From: an uncultured Acidobacteriota bacterium
Lineage (GTDB): Bacteria > Acidobacteriota > UBA6911 > RPQK01 > JAPXNP01
Reading direction: 5' to 3'
Length of the DNA stretch: 64,000 nt
NCBI GenBank assembly: GCA_963723965.1
Contig: CAVRSV010000007.1
Span: forward strand, 702,251-766,250
Part shown: piece by piece, positions 27,440-36,887 of the stretch
How the letters are laid out: each line of letters opens with the position of its first letter
How positions within the stretch are numbered: the stretch's first letter is position 1
Notes under the pieces: model-generated
Databases searched by the model: none
Seen by the model: the letters and a program-made list of their open reading frames with translations, nothing else
What the model was told of the DNA's origin: nothing
Translations under genes and position numbers: made by a program

Positions 27440-28000
27440 ATGAACGCTAGTCATATCCGCCGCGGCATGATCATTCTCTTCAACGGTGAGCCCCACCGGG
27501 TGCTCGATTTTCAGCATCGGACCCCCGGCAACCTGCGCGCCTTCGTCCAGGTTCGTCTGCGCAGCCTCAGCAGCGGCAACACCTTGGAGCATCGATACAG
27601 TTCCACCGAGAACGTGGAGAGGGCACTTCTCGAACAGCACGAGATGGAATACCTCTACGCCGACGGCGAGTTTCACTATTTCATGAACAGCGAGACCTTC
27701 GAACAGATCCCGATGAACGCCGAGATGCTGGGGGACTCCCTCGATTTCCTGCAGCCGGGGGCCAAGATCCAGGTGGACTTCTTCAACGGGCAACCCATCG
27801 GCATCGAACTGCCCTCGACGGTGGATCTGAAGGTGGTCGAAACGGAGCCCGAGCTCAAGGGAGCGACCGCGTCGGCCAGCTTCAAGCCGGCCAAGCTCGA
27901 GACGGGCGTCACCGTCCAGGTGCCGCCTTTTGTCAAAGAGGGCGACATCGTCCGAGTCAATCCCGCCGACGGTTCGTACCAGGAACGAGTCAAGTCCTAG
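27440..28000 (+). CDS. efp: Translation elongation factor P.
   Basis: 186 aa; EF-P conserved blocks ([25 protein letters not shown]) with KOW plus two OB domains. Confidence 0.9.
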   Translation: MNASHIRRGMIILFNGEPHRVLDFQHRTPGNLRAFVQVRLRSLSSGNTLEHRYSSTENVERALLEQHEMEYLYADGEFHYFMNSETFEQIPMNAEMLGDSLDFLQPGAKIQVDFFNGQPIGIELPSTVDLKVVETEPELKGATASASFKPAKLETGVTVQVPPFVKEGDIVRVNPADGSYQERVKS

Positions 28001-28042
28001 GGGCCTTGACCCGGAAGATCTCGAGGCCCGTTCACGCGGACG

Positions 28043-29005
28043 GTGGAAACAACCGCAGACACCCGGCTGGAACCTCCCACAGGGGAGATCTCCCTGATCT
28101 ACCATTCCGGGGCGCTCGGCGATTTCGTGACCACCATCCCCGCCATCGCCTGCTGGCGGCGTCTCTACCCCCGCGACCGGATCGTCTGCCTGACGCGTCG
28201 AGCCCACGGGGATCTCCTGCTGCAGGCAGGCCTGGTCGACACGGCCTGGGATCTCGACGAGTCTCGGTTCGCCCGACTCTTCGCCGGTGACGGCTCCGCG
28301 CTGGCGTCGCTCCGCCCCGAGCGAGCCCTGCTTTTCACCCGACCCGATTCGCCTCTGGTCGAGGCATTGCACAGTGCGGGCTGTCGCCGCACGACCGTCC
28401 AGGAACCGTTTCCTTCGGTCCCCCGAGCGATCGTCCCGTACCACCTTTCGCTGTTCACCGATCCGCCGCCGGCAACCGATCTCTTCAGACCGCTCCGGAC
28501 CCTTGGACTCTCCGGCGAAGCCGCCCCGGAAGTCTCTGCGCGGGAATCCGGGGCCCTGGTGATTCACCCGGGTAGTGGCGGACGGGACAAGATCTGGCCG
28601 AGACAAAGGTTCGAGCTTGTGGCCGGGGTCCTCCGGCAGCGGGGCCGCCGGATCCTCTGGTGTCTGGGACCGGCGGAACGGGACTATCGCCCGCCCCCGG
28701 CCGATGGGGTGCAGCGCGAAGCGGCGCTGCCGGAACTCTGCGGGATCCTGGCCCGCGCGCGCTGCTATCTCGGAAATGACTCCGGGGTCTCACACCTGGC
28801 CGCCGCGTGTGGCTGCCCCTGCGTCGTCCTCTTCGGTCCATCGGACGACCGCATCTGGGCTCCCTCCGGTGATGCGGTGGAAATCGTCAAGCCACCGGGT
28901 GAAACGGCGGGAACCGGGGGAAGCGAGATTCGGAAGATCGGGCTCGCGCAGGTTCTGGCCGCCGTCGATCGGGTGGAGCAGCGTGCAGCCGGGTTCCCGA
29001 GCTGA
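28043..29005 (+). CDS. Glycosyltransferase family 9 (LPS heptosyltransferase-like).
   Basis: GALGDFVTTIPA N-terminus and GNDSGVSHLAAA C-terminal GT9 motif. Confidence 0.75.
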   Translation: METTADTRLEPPTGEISLIYHSGALGDFVTTIPAIACWRRLYPRDRIVCLTRRAHGDLLLQAGLVDTAWDLDESRFARLFAGDGSALASLRPERALLFTRPDSPLVEALHSAGCRRTTVQEPFPSVPRAIVPYHLSLFTDPPPATDLFRPLRTLGLSGEAAPEVSARESGALVIHPGSGGRDKIWPRQRFELVAGVLRQRGRRILWCLGPAERDYRPPPADGVQREAALPELCGILARARCYLGNDSGVSHLAAACGCPCVVLFGPSDDRIWAPSGDAVEIVKPPGETAGTGGSEIRKIGLAQVLAAVDRVEQRAAGFPS

Positions 29006-29139
29006 TGCTGCATGGGCTGCGCCCATCCCTTGAACTTCCCCCGGGGGGACCTCGCGAGAGCACCGCTTGCCGACCGGCCGAAACTCGCCGTATGGTGAAC
29101 GCATCACTGAATGCAAAAAGAGCTCGAGGAGGTGGGTCC

Positions 29140-30141
29140 ATGCGGAGAGCCCTACACCACGAAGTCCTGGTGAGTCTGCTGGTGCTGGCGACGGCACTCA
29201 CGGTGGTTCTGGCCGCAGGCGAGAAAGTGAAATTGAGCGGCTACGCCGAGTACCGGAAAGGCGACACGCTGATCGTCGACGGCCAGCGGGTTCGAACCGA
29301 TGGGAAGACGAAGTACAAAGGCCGCGGCATTTACAGCGTCGAGATGATCAGCCTCGGGTACGAAGTCAAGGTCCAGGGCCGGCGCGGGCCCGATGGAGTG
29401 GTGCTTGCGGAGCGGGTCGAGGCACGTCCGAACGGCGTCTCCATGTTCGAGCCGGAAGTCCTCCAGGCAACCAACCAGATCGAGCAGACCTGGGTCAAGG
29501 AGGGCAAGATGTTTTCCGAGGACTCTGCCGGGAAACGAGTCGATATCGGCAAGCTCGACGATTCGGGCCCCCAGGTCGAACGAGTCCGGCGAATCATGAA
29601 TCGACTGACTCCCCCCTATATCGACCGGCGCAATCTCCGCGTGCGGGTGGTGGAGACCAAGGAATGGAACGCTTCCGCCATGGGAAACGGCGCCATCTGG
29701 GTTTACAGCGGCTTGCTCGACCAGATGAGCGACGACGAGTTGGCCGTCATCCTGGGCCATGAGTTGGCCCACTACACCCATGAACATTCCCGCAGGGGAG
29801 CCAAGCGCGGCATGATTCTGCAGATGTTGTCCGTGGGAGCGTTGGTGGGAGCCAGCTCGGTGGGCGGCACGGCCGGGCAGGCGGCCGGCATCGGAGGACT
29901 GCTGGGGTTGACGGCCTTTCAGAGCGGGTACAGCCGAGATATGGAGGACCAGGCCGACCGCGTGGGCCTTCGCTACGCTTATGAAGGCGGATTCGACGTC
30001 CGCCAGGCTCCGCGGCTGTGGGAGCGTTTCCGGGAGAAGTACGGGGAGCAGGACTCCGTTTCGAACTTCTTCGTCGGCAGCCATTCGCGCCCGTCCGATC
30101 GGATCCGCAACCTGCAGCACGAGTTGGCCGTCAACTACTGA
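29140..30141 (+). CDS. M48-family zinc metallopeptidase (lipoprotein/secreted).
   Basis: HELAHYTHEH HExxH motif; signal peptide; GAGGAGG RBS before ATG 29140; the upstream portion of the long ORF is noise. Confidence 0.75.
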   Translation: MRRALHHEVLVSLLVLATALTVVLAAGEKVKLSGYAEYRKGDTLIVDGQRVRTDGKTKYKGRGIYSVEMISLGYEVKVQGRRGPDGVVLAERVEARPNGVSMFEPEVLQATNQIEQTWVKEGKMFSEDSAGKRVDIGKLDDSGPQVERVRRIMNRLTPPYIDRRNLRVRVVETKEWNASAMGNGAIWVYSGLLDQMSDDELAVILGHELAHYTHEHSRRGAKRGMILQMLSVGALVGASSVGGTAGQAAGIGGLLGLTAFQSGYSRDMEDQADRVGLRYAYEGGFDVRQAPRLWERFREKYGEQDSVSNFFVGSHSRPSDRIRNLQHELAVNY

Positions 30142-30323
30142 TTGGGCTTGAACAGGTGACAGTGCATCCCGGAGCTCTGAAAGACGACCAGGGCCGGGTC
30201 GTGGGCGGAGCGAAATCCCATCGCCCGGCATCCGTGGGGCTTGGCCGGCCTCCAGGTGACGAAGTAGTGGGCGCACCGGATACAGCGCGGGCGGCCGGAT
30301 GCGGTGACGATTTCCTGCTTCAT
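30135..30323 (-). CDS. Small (62 aa) Cys/His-rich hypothetical protein.
   Basis: Strong SD (AGGGGAGG) 5-6 nt upstream of the ATG; C13/C16/C31/H53/C55/H57 could form a small metal-binding fold; no recognisable family. Confidence 0.4.
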   Translation of the reverse strand: MKQEIVTASGRPRCIRCAHYFVTWRPAKPHGCRAMGFRSAHDPALVVFQSSGMHCHLFKPNQ

Positions 30324-30429
30324 GAGTGCCTCCCCTAGTGAATCGGCGCACGGCTTGGCCTGCTTTACGCCGATTGACTTTAGTCATCGCCGGTCGCCCG
30401 ACCACGGATGGTAGATTCTCGGAAGTCCG

Positions 30430-31281
30430 ATGAAAAGTACGCAAGCAATCCGGGATGGAAGATCGAGCGCCGGATCTCAGCCCAAGCTGAAGGTCCCCAT
30501 TCCGCACGAACATGGTGCCTGGGCGATCCTCTACGCTTCCTTCGTCGTCGGGTGGGCGGCCGCGGCGAGCCTGAGCTTGATCGTTCTGTTGATTCTCATC
30601 GCCACGACCGGTCTCTTCCTGGCCCACGAGCCTTTGATCAAACTCCTGCGGGGACGCCGCCACGGAGCCCGGCCGGAGAACCTCCGCCACTGGTTCAAGT
30701 GGCTTGCGATCTTCGCAGTTCCGGCACTGGCGGCGGGCTTGATTCTGCTGCTCTACTACCGGCTGTGGCTGCTGGCGATCTTTGGCGGCACGGCCGGGGT
30801 CCTGTTCTGTGTCCATCTCTATCTGGCCGCGCAACGGCAGGATCGCAGTGCCTTTGGCGAGCTTTTGGGGATCGCCGGTCTCACCTTGACGGCACCAGGG
30901 GTCTACGCGGGAGTGGAGGGTCGAGTCGACTGGACGGCACTGATTGTGTGGTCGCTGTGTCTGCTCTACTTCGGCAGCGGCGTGTTCTATGTGAAGATGC
31001 GGGTCAGCCGGAATCTCAAGCCGAAAGAGTTCGGCAGCCGCCGTTCCCAATGCCTCGGCTACCACTTTCTGGTGCTGGCGATCCTGTGCGTCCTCGCCCT
31101 GGGCCTGGGGCTCCCCTGGATTCTGTTGCTGGGTTTCGTCCCGATCCTTGGCCGGGCCTTCTGGCATGCCTTCCGCTCCGGGGGCCCCTTGAACCTCAGA
31201 CGCATCGGCTATCTGGAAGTGCTCTATACGATCGTTTTCACGATCCTGACCGGAGCGGGCAGCCTGATCTCCGGATTCTAG
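30430..31281 (+). CDS. YwiC-like family membrane protein.
   Basis: HEHGAWAIL N-terminal motif followed by ~8 TM helices; 283 aa. Confidence 0.55.
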   Translation: MKSTQAIRDGRSSAGSQPKLKVPIPHEHGAWAILYASFVVGWAAAASLSLIVLLILIATTGLFLAHEPLIKLLRGRRHGARPENLRHWFKWLAIFAVPALAAGLILLLYYRLWLLAIFGGTAGVLFCVHLYLAAQRQDRSAFGELLGIAGLTLTAPGVYAGVEGRVDWTALIVWSLCLLYFGSGVFYVKMRVSRNLKPKEFGSRRSQCLGYHFLVLAILCVLALGLGLPWILLLGFVPILGRAFWHAFRSGGPLNLRRIGYLEVLYTIVFTILTGAGSLISGF

Positions 31282-31353
31282 GAGGCCGTCCCCCAAGCGG
31301 CGTGCAGCAGATCCGATCCATCTCGCTTGCTGAACCCTGAACGGCGCGAGTCT

Positions 31354-33180
31354 TCAGCGAATCTTGACCACTCTCGAGCCGACCCGGTCGCGAGATGGAT
31401 CATAGAGAACGATCTTCAGGAAGCCGTTCTTGATTCTCCGGGGGACTTCGGCCCGCCAGCCCACCTCGACACTCGAAGAGGCCGCCCCCTGGGATCGCTG
31501 TCCCGACGGATCCACGACGATGTCCTTCCAGGAAGTGTCCAGGAGCTCACCGCTGCGGCTCAAGACGAACAGACCGGCTACCAGCTTCTGCCCCCGGTTC
31601 GGCGAACTGCCGTCGACCAGTTTCGGGCTCAGGACGATCTCGAGGGAGACATCGAACTCCGTCGATGCCTTTTCCCGCGACAGGTCACCCATGGATGCCG
31701 AGAAGGTCACATCGTCGATCTCGCCAGGATGTTGCGCAGCGGCACTCACGCGGGCATAGATGAGCATCCTCTCGCGATCGTAGGGCTGGAGCCGCGGCTT
31801 GGCAAAGTACCCGCTTCGCGCCAGCACGCGTACGCCCGGCCGGTCGACTTTGACCTGGATCTCGCGGAATCGCCCGTCGAGGGCCGGGTTCTTGGAGACA
31901 TAGCCCAGCAGATAGACACGGGAGGTGGCCCGTCCCACCAGCTTCAGGGCATCATCGATGCTTCGGTGGATGCAGGACGTGCCCCCCGTTTCCCGGGAGA
32001 CCTCCTGGAGAGAGCGAATCGCGTAGTCGCCGGCAAAGGAACCCTGAGCAAACCGGTTCCGGCGATCGTTGGTCAGGTGAAGGAAGAGTCCCTCCGTCTT
32101 GAAGGAATCGATCCGGACACGGGCATCGGCGGCGATACGACCGATCGATTCCCGGGTGCCCGAAGTGGGCAGGAAGAGTCCTCCCGAGGAGAAGTAGATC
32201 AAGTGTTTCTCACCCTGCAGATACCGGAGGTATTCGATGCCCGCGAAAATGTTCAGCAGGTCCTGATTCGTCTCGAGCCGATGGCGAACGTATTGCTCGA
32301 AAGAATCGTCCTCGGCGGAGACCGTTCCCCATCCCTGTGAGGGGTCGCCGTAAGGGGGCGGACCGCTCCCGTCCCAGCGCTCCCCTGCGCCCGGACCCGC
32401 GACCGCGCGACGGGCCTCATCGAGCCTGGCGGGCATCGCCTCGCGCAGCGCCGTCATCAGATTTTCTCGATCGGCCTGATCCGCCTTGTCCGGCGTCCGC
32501 GGCCCGGCTGGGACTTCGCGCGTGTGCCCGGGGAGCTGGTCAAAAAGAGCATCGATCTTGGGCTGGAGCGACGGTGGAAAACGCTGGGAGCCAAACAGCG
32601 AGGCAAGACCGTCAAAACGGAGTCTGACGAGCCGATCGACATAGACATTCAGATCCTGCAGGCGATCGAGAAAGTCGCCGATCCGCTCGTGATCCGTGGT
32701 GAAGTCGGTGGCGCGGTTGTAGGCGATGACCGCTATCTGGTCGGCGGGCCCCAGCGACTCGCGAACGAAGTCAGCCAATGCGTCGATGGGTCGAAAGGTC
32801 TCGTGCCCCCCGCGCCCAATGACGATCAGAAAGCGACGGAAGTCCGGCCGTTCAAGTCCCTCGACGGCGGGACGCTCCCGGGTCACCGCCGGCGGAAGTT
32901 CCGGTTCACTCCTCGTGGCAAATCTCTCCAACGAGAAGTGAAGGACGTCCTGCTCAACACCATCTTCGAAAACGGTGAAATCGGACCTCTGGAGGTCGAG
33001 AACCGGATTCCCCTTGCGGTCGAGCACGCTCACATCGACCGGCACGAGGTCGACACCGACCTGGAAGTGTGGCGTCGCCGGCCGCTCGTCCGAGGTGGTC
33101 TGTTGCGTCCCGGGCACCCCGGCCAAGGCCAGCGCGACGAGGAGTGGGAAATGCAGGGTAATGAGTGCATCGCGGATCAC
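31354..33180 (-). CDS. Secreted VWA-domain protein of the 'VWFA-related Acidobacterial domain' type (TIGR03436-like).
   Basis: After a signal peptide, FQVGVDLVPVDVSVLDRKGNPVLDLQRSDFTVFEDGVEQDVLHFS matches the hallmark N-terminal block of that family. GTG start at 33180 (AGAGGAGG upstream); the longer N-terminus is Arg-rich noise. Confidence 0.65.
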   Translation of the reverse strand: MIRDALITLHFPLLVALALAGVPGTQQTTSDERPATPHFQVGVDLVPVDVSVLDRKGNPVLDLQRSDFTVFEDGVEQDVLHFSLERFATRSEPELPPAVTRERPAVEGLERPDFRRFLIVIGRGGHETFRPIDALADFVRESLGPADQIAVIAYNRATDFTTDHERIGDFLDRLQDLNVYVDRLVRLRFDGLASLFGSQRFPPSLQPKIDALFDQLPGHTREVPAGPRTPDKADQADRENLMTALREAMPARLDEARRAVAGPGAGERWDGSGPPPYGDPSQGWGTVSAEDDSFEQYVRHRLETNQDLLNIFAGIEYLRYLQGEKHLIYFSSGGLFLPTSGTRESIGRIAADARVRIDSFKTEGLFLHLTNDRRNRFAQGSFAGDYAIRSLQEVSRETGGTSCIHRSIDDALKLVGRATSRVYLLGYVSKNPALDGRFREIQVKVDRPGVRVLARSGYFAKPRLQPYDRERMLIYARVSAAAQHPGEIDDVTFSASMGDLSREKASTEFDVSLEIVLSPKLVDGSSPNRGQKLVAGLFVLSRSGELLDTSWKDIVVDPSGQRSQGAASSSVEVGWRAEVPRRIKNGFLKIVLYDPSRDRVGSRVVKIR

Positions 33181-33403
33181 CGAGCACCGGGGCCTCCTCT
33201 TCCCCGGACTCGAATCAGATCTCGAATCTCCGGCGCATCCGTGAGCGAGCGATGTGAGCGACGCGAAACGACGTCTCCGAACCGACCAATCTGCCATCTC
33301 TTAACATGACAGACTAGTCAGAATACCGACTCTTGTCAACCGCGCAATGACCGAATCATCGCCTCAAGACGTTCATGTAGGAACGCTCGTCGTGCCCCGC
33401 CCC

Positions 33404-33431
33404 CGGACTCCAAAATCGAAGATCGAGAATC
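33404..33431. repeat. Tandem heptamer repeat, 4 copies of RATCGRR (rc CGATTTY), just 3' of the Crp-family gene.
   Basis: aatcgaa gatcgag aatcgga aatcgaa. Confidence 0.7.
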
Positions 33432-33442
33432 GGAAATCGAAC

Positions 33443-34156
33443 CTATTCTCCCTCCACGTGTCCGACCAGACCGGCTTCGTCCAGAATCTCGACGCGGTGC
33501 CCCTGTTTGCGAATCCAGCCCCTGCGCTGGAGCTTGGCGAAGGATCGCGAGACCACTTCCCGGACCGTTCCGATCAGGTCTCCGATCTCCTGGTTCGAGT
33601 GCACCAGTTCGACCACCTGTGGACGCCCCGCCCCGGCCTGCTTCTTCGCCTCGCCCAGCACATACTCGGCCAGGCGCTGGCTGACGTCCCGCAGGGACAG
33701 GTCCTCGACCATTCCGGTGGCGCGCCGCAGCCGGCCCGAGAGGATTCGCAGCGCCCGCAACGCCGTCCCGGGATGTCGCAAACAGAAGGCCCGAACCTCC
33801 TGCTTCGGAATGAACAGGAGGAGGGAATCCTCTACGGCAACGACGCTCGAAGGGTACGGCCCGTCGTCGAACACGGCCACTTCGGGAAAGGTCGACCCAG
33901 GTCCGTCCTCGTGAATGATCTGCTCGCGTCCGTCGATTCCGTGACGAACGGCCCGTGTCCTCCCCGTTACGACGACGAAGAGCCCCCGCGAGGGATCGCC
34001 TGCCGAAAAGAGATACTCTCCGCCTGCCAGACGGCGCTCGGAGGCGACGGCGGCCAACTCCAGGAGATCCTTGGGCTCCCCGTCACCAAACAACCGCGTG
34101 GAGGACAGAACGGTCAGCCTTTCCAGTTGTGCGTTCTCGGCGGTCATGACGGGCAT
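33443..34156 (-). CDS. Crp/Fnr-family transcriptional regulator.
   Basis: N-terminal cNMP-binding beta-barrel (GEYLFSAGDPSRGLFVVVTG) and C-terminal HTH (EIGDLIGTVREVVSRSFAKLQRRGWI); start at ATG 34156 (~237 aa). Confidence 0.75.
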   Translation of the reverse strand: MPVMTAENAQLERLTVLSSTRLFGDGEPKDLLELAAVASERRLAGGEYLFSAGDPSRGLFVVVTGRTRAVRHGIDGREQIIHEDGPGSTFPEVAVFDDGPYPSSVVAVEDSLLLFIPKQEVRAFCLRHPGTALRALRILSGRLRRATGMVEDLSLRDVSQRLAEYVLGEAKKQAGAGRPQVVELVHSNQEIGDLIGTVREVVSRSFAKLQRRGWIRKQGHRVEILDEAGLVGHVEGE

Positions 34157-34345
34157 TATGAGGGCCGCGCACCTTTCGGGGCAATCGGCCAGGCTCCCGA
34201 ACCCGCACCCCATCAAACAGGGCCTCCGGGAAGCTTTTGCCCGAGGATCCGTCACTCCTGCAACAGGGGGCCCCGCATACCTCCATGTCAGACTCGTCTC
34301 CTATGTTCTTCAGGGGGCGGACTCCCCGAAAGCAGGAAGAGGAAC

Positions 34346-35119
34346 GTGCACAAACTCGTCGTGGCCAACTTCAAGGGTGGCGTCGGCAAGACAACCCTGG
34401 CGGTCAATCTGTGTGTCGTGCTGTCCCACAGGTTGGGGAAAAGGGTACTCCTCGTGGACACGGACCCCAGCGCCAACGTGAGCGCCCAGCTCAAGATCCG
34501 ACCGAGCCATACCCTCTCGGATCTGGTGCTGGGGGAAGCTTCTATCGAGCAGACGATCACGGCGGTCCCGGGGCTGGGACCCTTGTCGGTGATCGCCTCG
34601 TCAAGGGCAACCCAGGCCGCCGAACTCCGGCTCAGCTCCCAGGTGGGCCGGGAACGGATCCTGGCCAAGCGACTGAAGAGCCTCAGTCACTTCGACTACC
34701 TCGTGTTCGACACGCCGCCCTCCATCTCGATCATGGCGCAGAACGCCTTCGCCTGCGCCGAGCGTGTGCTGATTCCCGTCTCCATGGACCCCATGAGTCT
34801 GCTCGGCGCCTCGACCACCATCGGGCTTCTGAACGAGGTCCGCGAGGCCCTGGATGTGGACTGCCGGGTGGAGGGAATCGTCCCGACGTTCGTGGATTCC
34901 CGCCTCGTCATCACACGGGTGGTGATGGAGGCCATCGAGACCCGCTTCAGCGGCGTGCCGATCCTTCCCGGAATCCGCACCGATACTGCGGTTCGCAAGG
35001 CGACCGCGACCCAGCGGCCGATCGTGGAATTCGCGCCCGAGACCCGGGCCGCTCGGGATTTCGTCGATCTTGCCGGCGCCATCGAGCATCGCTGCAACGA
35101 AGAGAGGCCGACCCTGTGA
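34346..35119 (+). CDS. ParA/MinD-family P-loop ATPase (orphan; deviant Walker A).
   Basis: VVANFKGGVGKTTLAVNL with the signature lysine, VDTDPSAN and DTPPS motifs. GTG start at 34346 with AGGAAGAGG RBS; the upstream 333 codons of the long ORF are antisense to the Crp gene. Confidence 0.75.
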   Translation: MHKLVVANFKGGVGKTTLAVNLCVVLSHRLGKRVLLVDTDPSANVSAQLKIRPSHTLSDLVLGEASIEQTITAVPGLGPLSVIASSRATQAAELRLSSQVGRERILAKRLKSLSHFDYLVFDTPPSISIMAQNAFACAERVLIPVSMDPMSLLGASTTIGLLNEVREALDVDCRVEGIVPTFVDSRLVITRVVMEAIETRFSGVPILPGIRTDTAVRKATATQRPIVEFAPETRAARDFVDLAGAIEHRCNEERPTL

Positions 35120-35409
35120 AAAAGATAGAGCTTTCCGACGATTTCTTTCCGGCGCCGGAGCGGGCCGACCGGACCGAACACCGCGTCATCCGCAGCGTCC
35201 GGGACCGCGAGGCGGTCAAGGTGATCCTGGGCAAGACCCCGGGCAAGGCGGCATCCCGACCTCCGAAGGTCCAGTCGAACGGCTCGACCGCCTCGTCGCC
35301 CTTCGTGCTGGTCGCCACCCTGCCCTTCGTCATGGCCCGAAACATGATCAGCCTCACGGCCTCCATGTTCCGGGCCGGTTTGCCATCGCTCAGTTCCCGT
35401 CGCCGCTGA
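35116..35409 (+). CDS. Hypothetical 97-aa protein translationally coupled to the ParA-like gene.
   Basis: GTG overlaps the ParA-like stop (GTGA); strong GC3 codon bias across the ORF; no recognisable family; hydrophobic C-terminal segment. Confidence 0.4.
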   Translation: MKKIELSDDFFPAPERADRTEHRVIRSVRDREAVKVILGKTPGKAASRPPKVQSNGSTASSPFVLVATLPFVMARNMISLTASMFRAGLPSLSSRRR

Positions 35410-36886
35410 CGGGCTGCAGCGTCATCGGATCCCGCAGGGGAAGTCGGACCAGTTCGCCGAACTTCTCGAAACGGCTCTCGGGATGGTCGGCCTCACCCTT
35501 GAGGATGTCGTCGACGTTGCCCACGACCAGAATGACCAGCCGATCGGGATGGATGTATTTCGTTGCGGCATCCTGCACCGCCGCGGCATCCACTTTGGCG
35601 ATGTTCTCCCGGTAGTCCCGCCAGTACTCGTGGGAACGGCCCAACATCTCGTCGACGGCATACAGCGAAGCGGTCTGGGCGGGATTCTGGAACCGATTCG
35701 GGAAGGTCTGGATGAACGAGTTCTTGCTCGTTTCCAGGGCTTCCGGAGTGACCCGCTCGGTCTGGATCTTGTGCATGAGGTCGATCGTGATCTGAGCGGC
35801 CCGGGCGCAGCTGGCGGATTTGGACTGGAAGAACGCCTGGAAGGTCCCCGGGTAGGTCTGGTTGATCCGGTAGCTCGAACCGGCGGAGTAAGCCAGCCCC
35901 TCATCCGAGCGGACCCGGGACATGATCCAGGAGGTAAAGCCGCCGCCGCCCAGAATATCGTTGGCGACAGTCAGGGCATACTCACCTTCGAACGGCCTCT
36001 TCAGGGCGAGATGCCCAATCGAGACGCGCCCCTGGTTCACATCCGGCTTGTTGATCAGATAAACGGCCGGCTTCGGCGTTGATGTCGGCTGGGGGATCTC
36101 CGGAACGGGCTCGGTCCGAGCCGTAATCGTGCCAACGGTCGCGTTGAGGCGGCCGATCATCTCCGCCCGGTCGAAGTCGCCGGTGACGGCGAGCACGATG
36201 TCCTTCGGATTGAGCAGGCGTCCCTGGAACGCGACCAGATCGTCACGCTGAATGGCATCCACCGAAGCCTGCGTGGGGAGCTGGTTGAGCCAGTAGTCGT
36301 CACCGTAGAGGAGACGGTCCCATTCACGGTCTTCGATGCTCGAGGTGTCGTCGTTGCGCTTGCGCATCCCCGACAGGAGATCTTCCTTGGCCGTCGCCAG
36401 ACGGTCCGCATCGAAGCGTGGGCGAAGCAAGACATCCATGAAGAGCTGCATCCCGCGGTCGAGGTCCTTGGAGAGGAGGTTCAGGGAGACGCTGCCGTTC
36501 GTTCCGCTGATGGAAGTGGAGAGTCGAGCCGCCAGAAAATCCAGCTCCTCGTCCAAAGCGGCACCGCTCAGGTCACCCGCTCCGCCCGTTCGCCAGACGC
36601 GTCCGGTCAGCTGGGCCAGGCCTTCCTTCCCCTTCGGCTCGAGATACTGTCCTCCACGGAAAAAGAGCTGGACGTTGACCAGCGGGAACTGACGATCCTC
36701 GATGATGTAAACGGGGATCCCGTTGTCGAGCTCGACCCGCATGGCGGCGGCATCGGGCACATCGAAGGTGAGCGGAGGAAACTGAAGTTGCTCCGGCCGA
36801 TCGGGAACATCCCCTGCGGCCAGCCAGGCCGACCCGGCCAGGAGCGCAAACACCAGAAGCGGCAATCTCTTGAGATCGGTCCTCAT
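35390..36886 (-). CDS. M16-family peptidase, non-catalytic-type subunit (no HxxEH).
   Basis: Signal peptide MRTDLKRLPLLVFALLAGSAWLAAG; M16 fold conserved blocks but lacks the inverted zinc motif; start codon overlaps the stop of the upstream M16 gene. Confidence 0.75.
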   Translation of the reverse strand: MRTDLKRLPLLVFALLAGSAWLAAGDVPDRPEQLQFPPLTFDVPDAAAMRVELDNGIPVYIIEDRQFPLVNVQLFFRGGQYLEPKGKEGLAQLTGRVWRTGGAGDLSGAALDEELDFLAARLSTSISGTNGSVSLNLLSKDLDRGMQLFMDVLLRPRFDADRLATAKEDLLSGMRKRNDDTSSIEDREWDRLLYGDDYWLNQLPTQASVDAIQRDDLVAFQGRLLNPKDIVLAVTGDFDRAEMIGRLNATVGTITARTEPVPEIPQPTSTPKPAVYLINKPDVNQGRVSIGHLALKRPFEGEYALTVANDILGGGGFTSWIMSRVRSDEGLAYSAGSSYRINQTYPGTFQAFFQSKSASCARAAQITIDLMHKIQTERVTPEALETSKNSFIQTFPNRFQNPAQTASLYAVDEMLGRSHEYWRDYRENIAKVDAAAVQDAATKYIHPDRLVILVVGNVDDILKGEADHPESRFEKFGELVRLPLRDPMTLQPVSGDGN

Positions 36887-36887
36887 G

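Noticed and set aside
34237-35115. Upstream 293 codons of the long ORF 34237-35409 (Arg/Gly/Pro-rich) that would extend the small protein across the ParA-like gene.
   Set aside because: Overlaps the ParA-like frame, which has clear Walker motifs. Only the segment after the ParA stop (from GTG 35116) shows proper coding bias in this frame.
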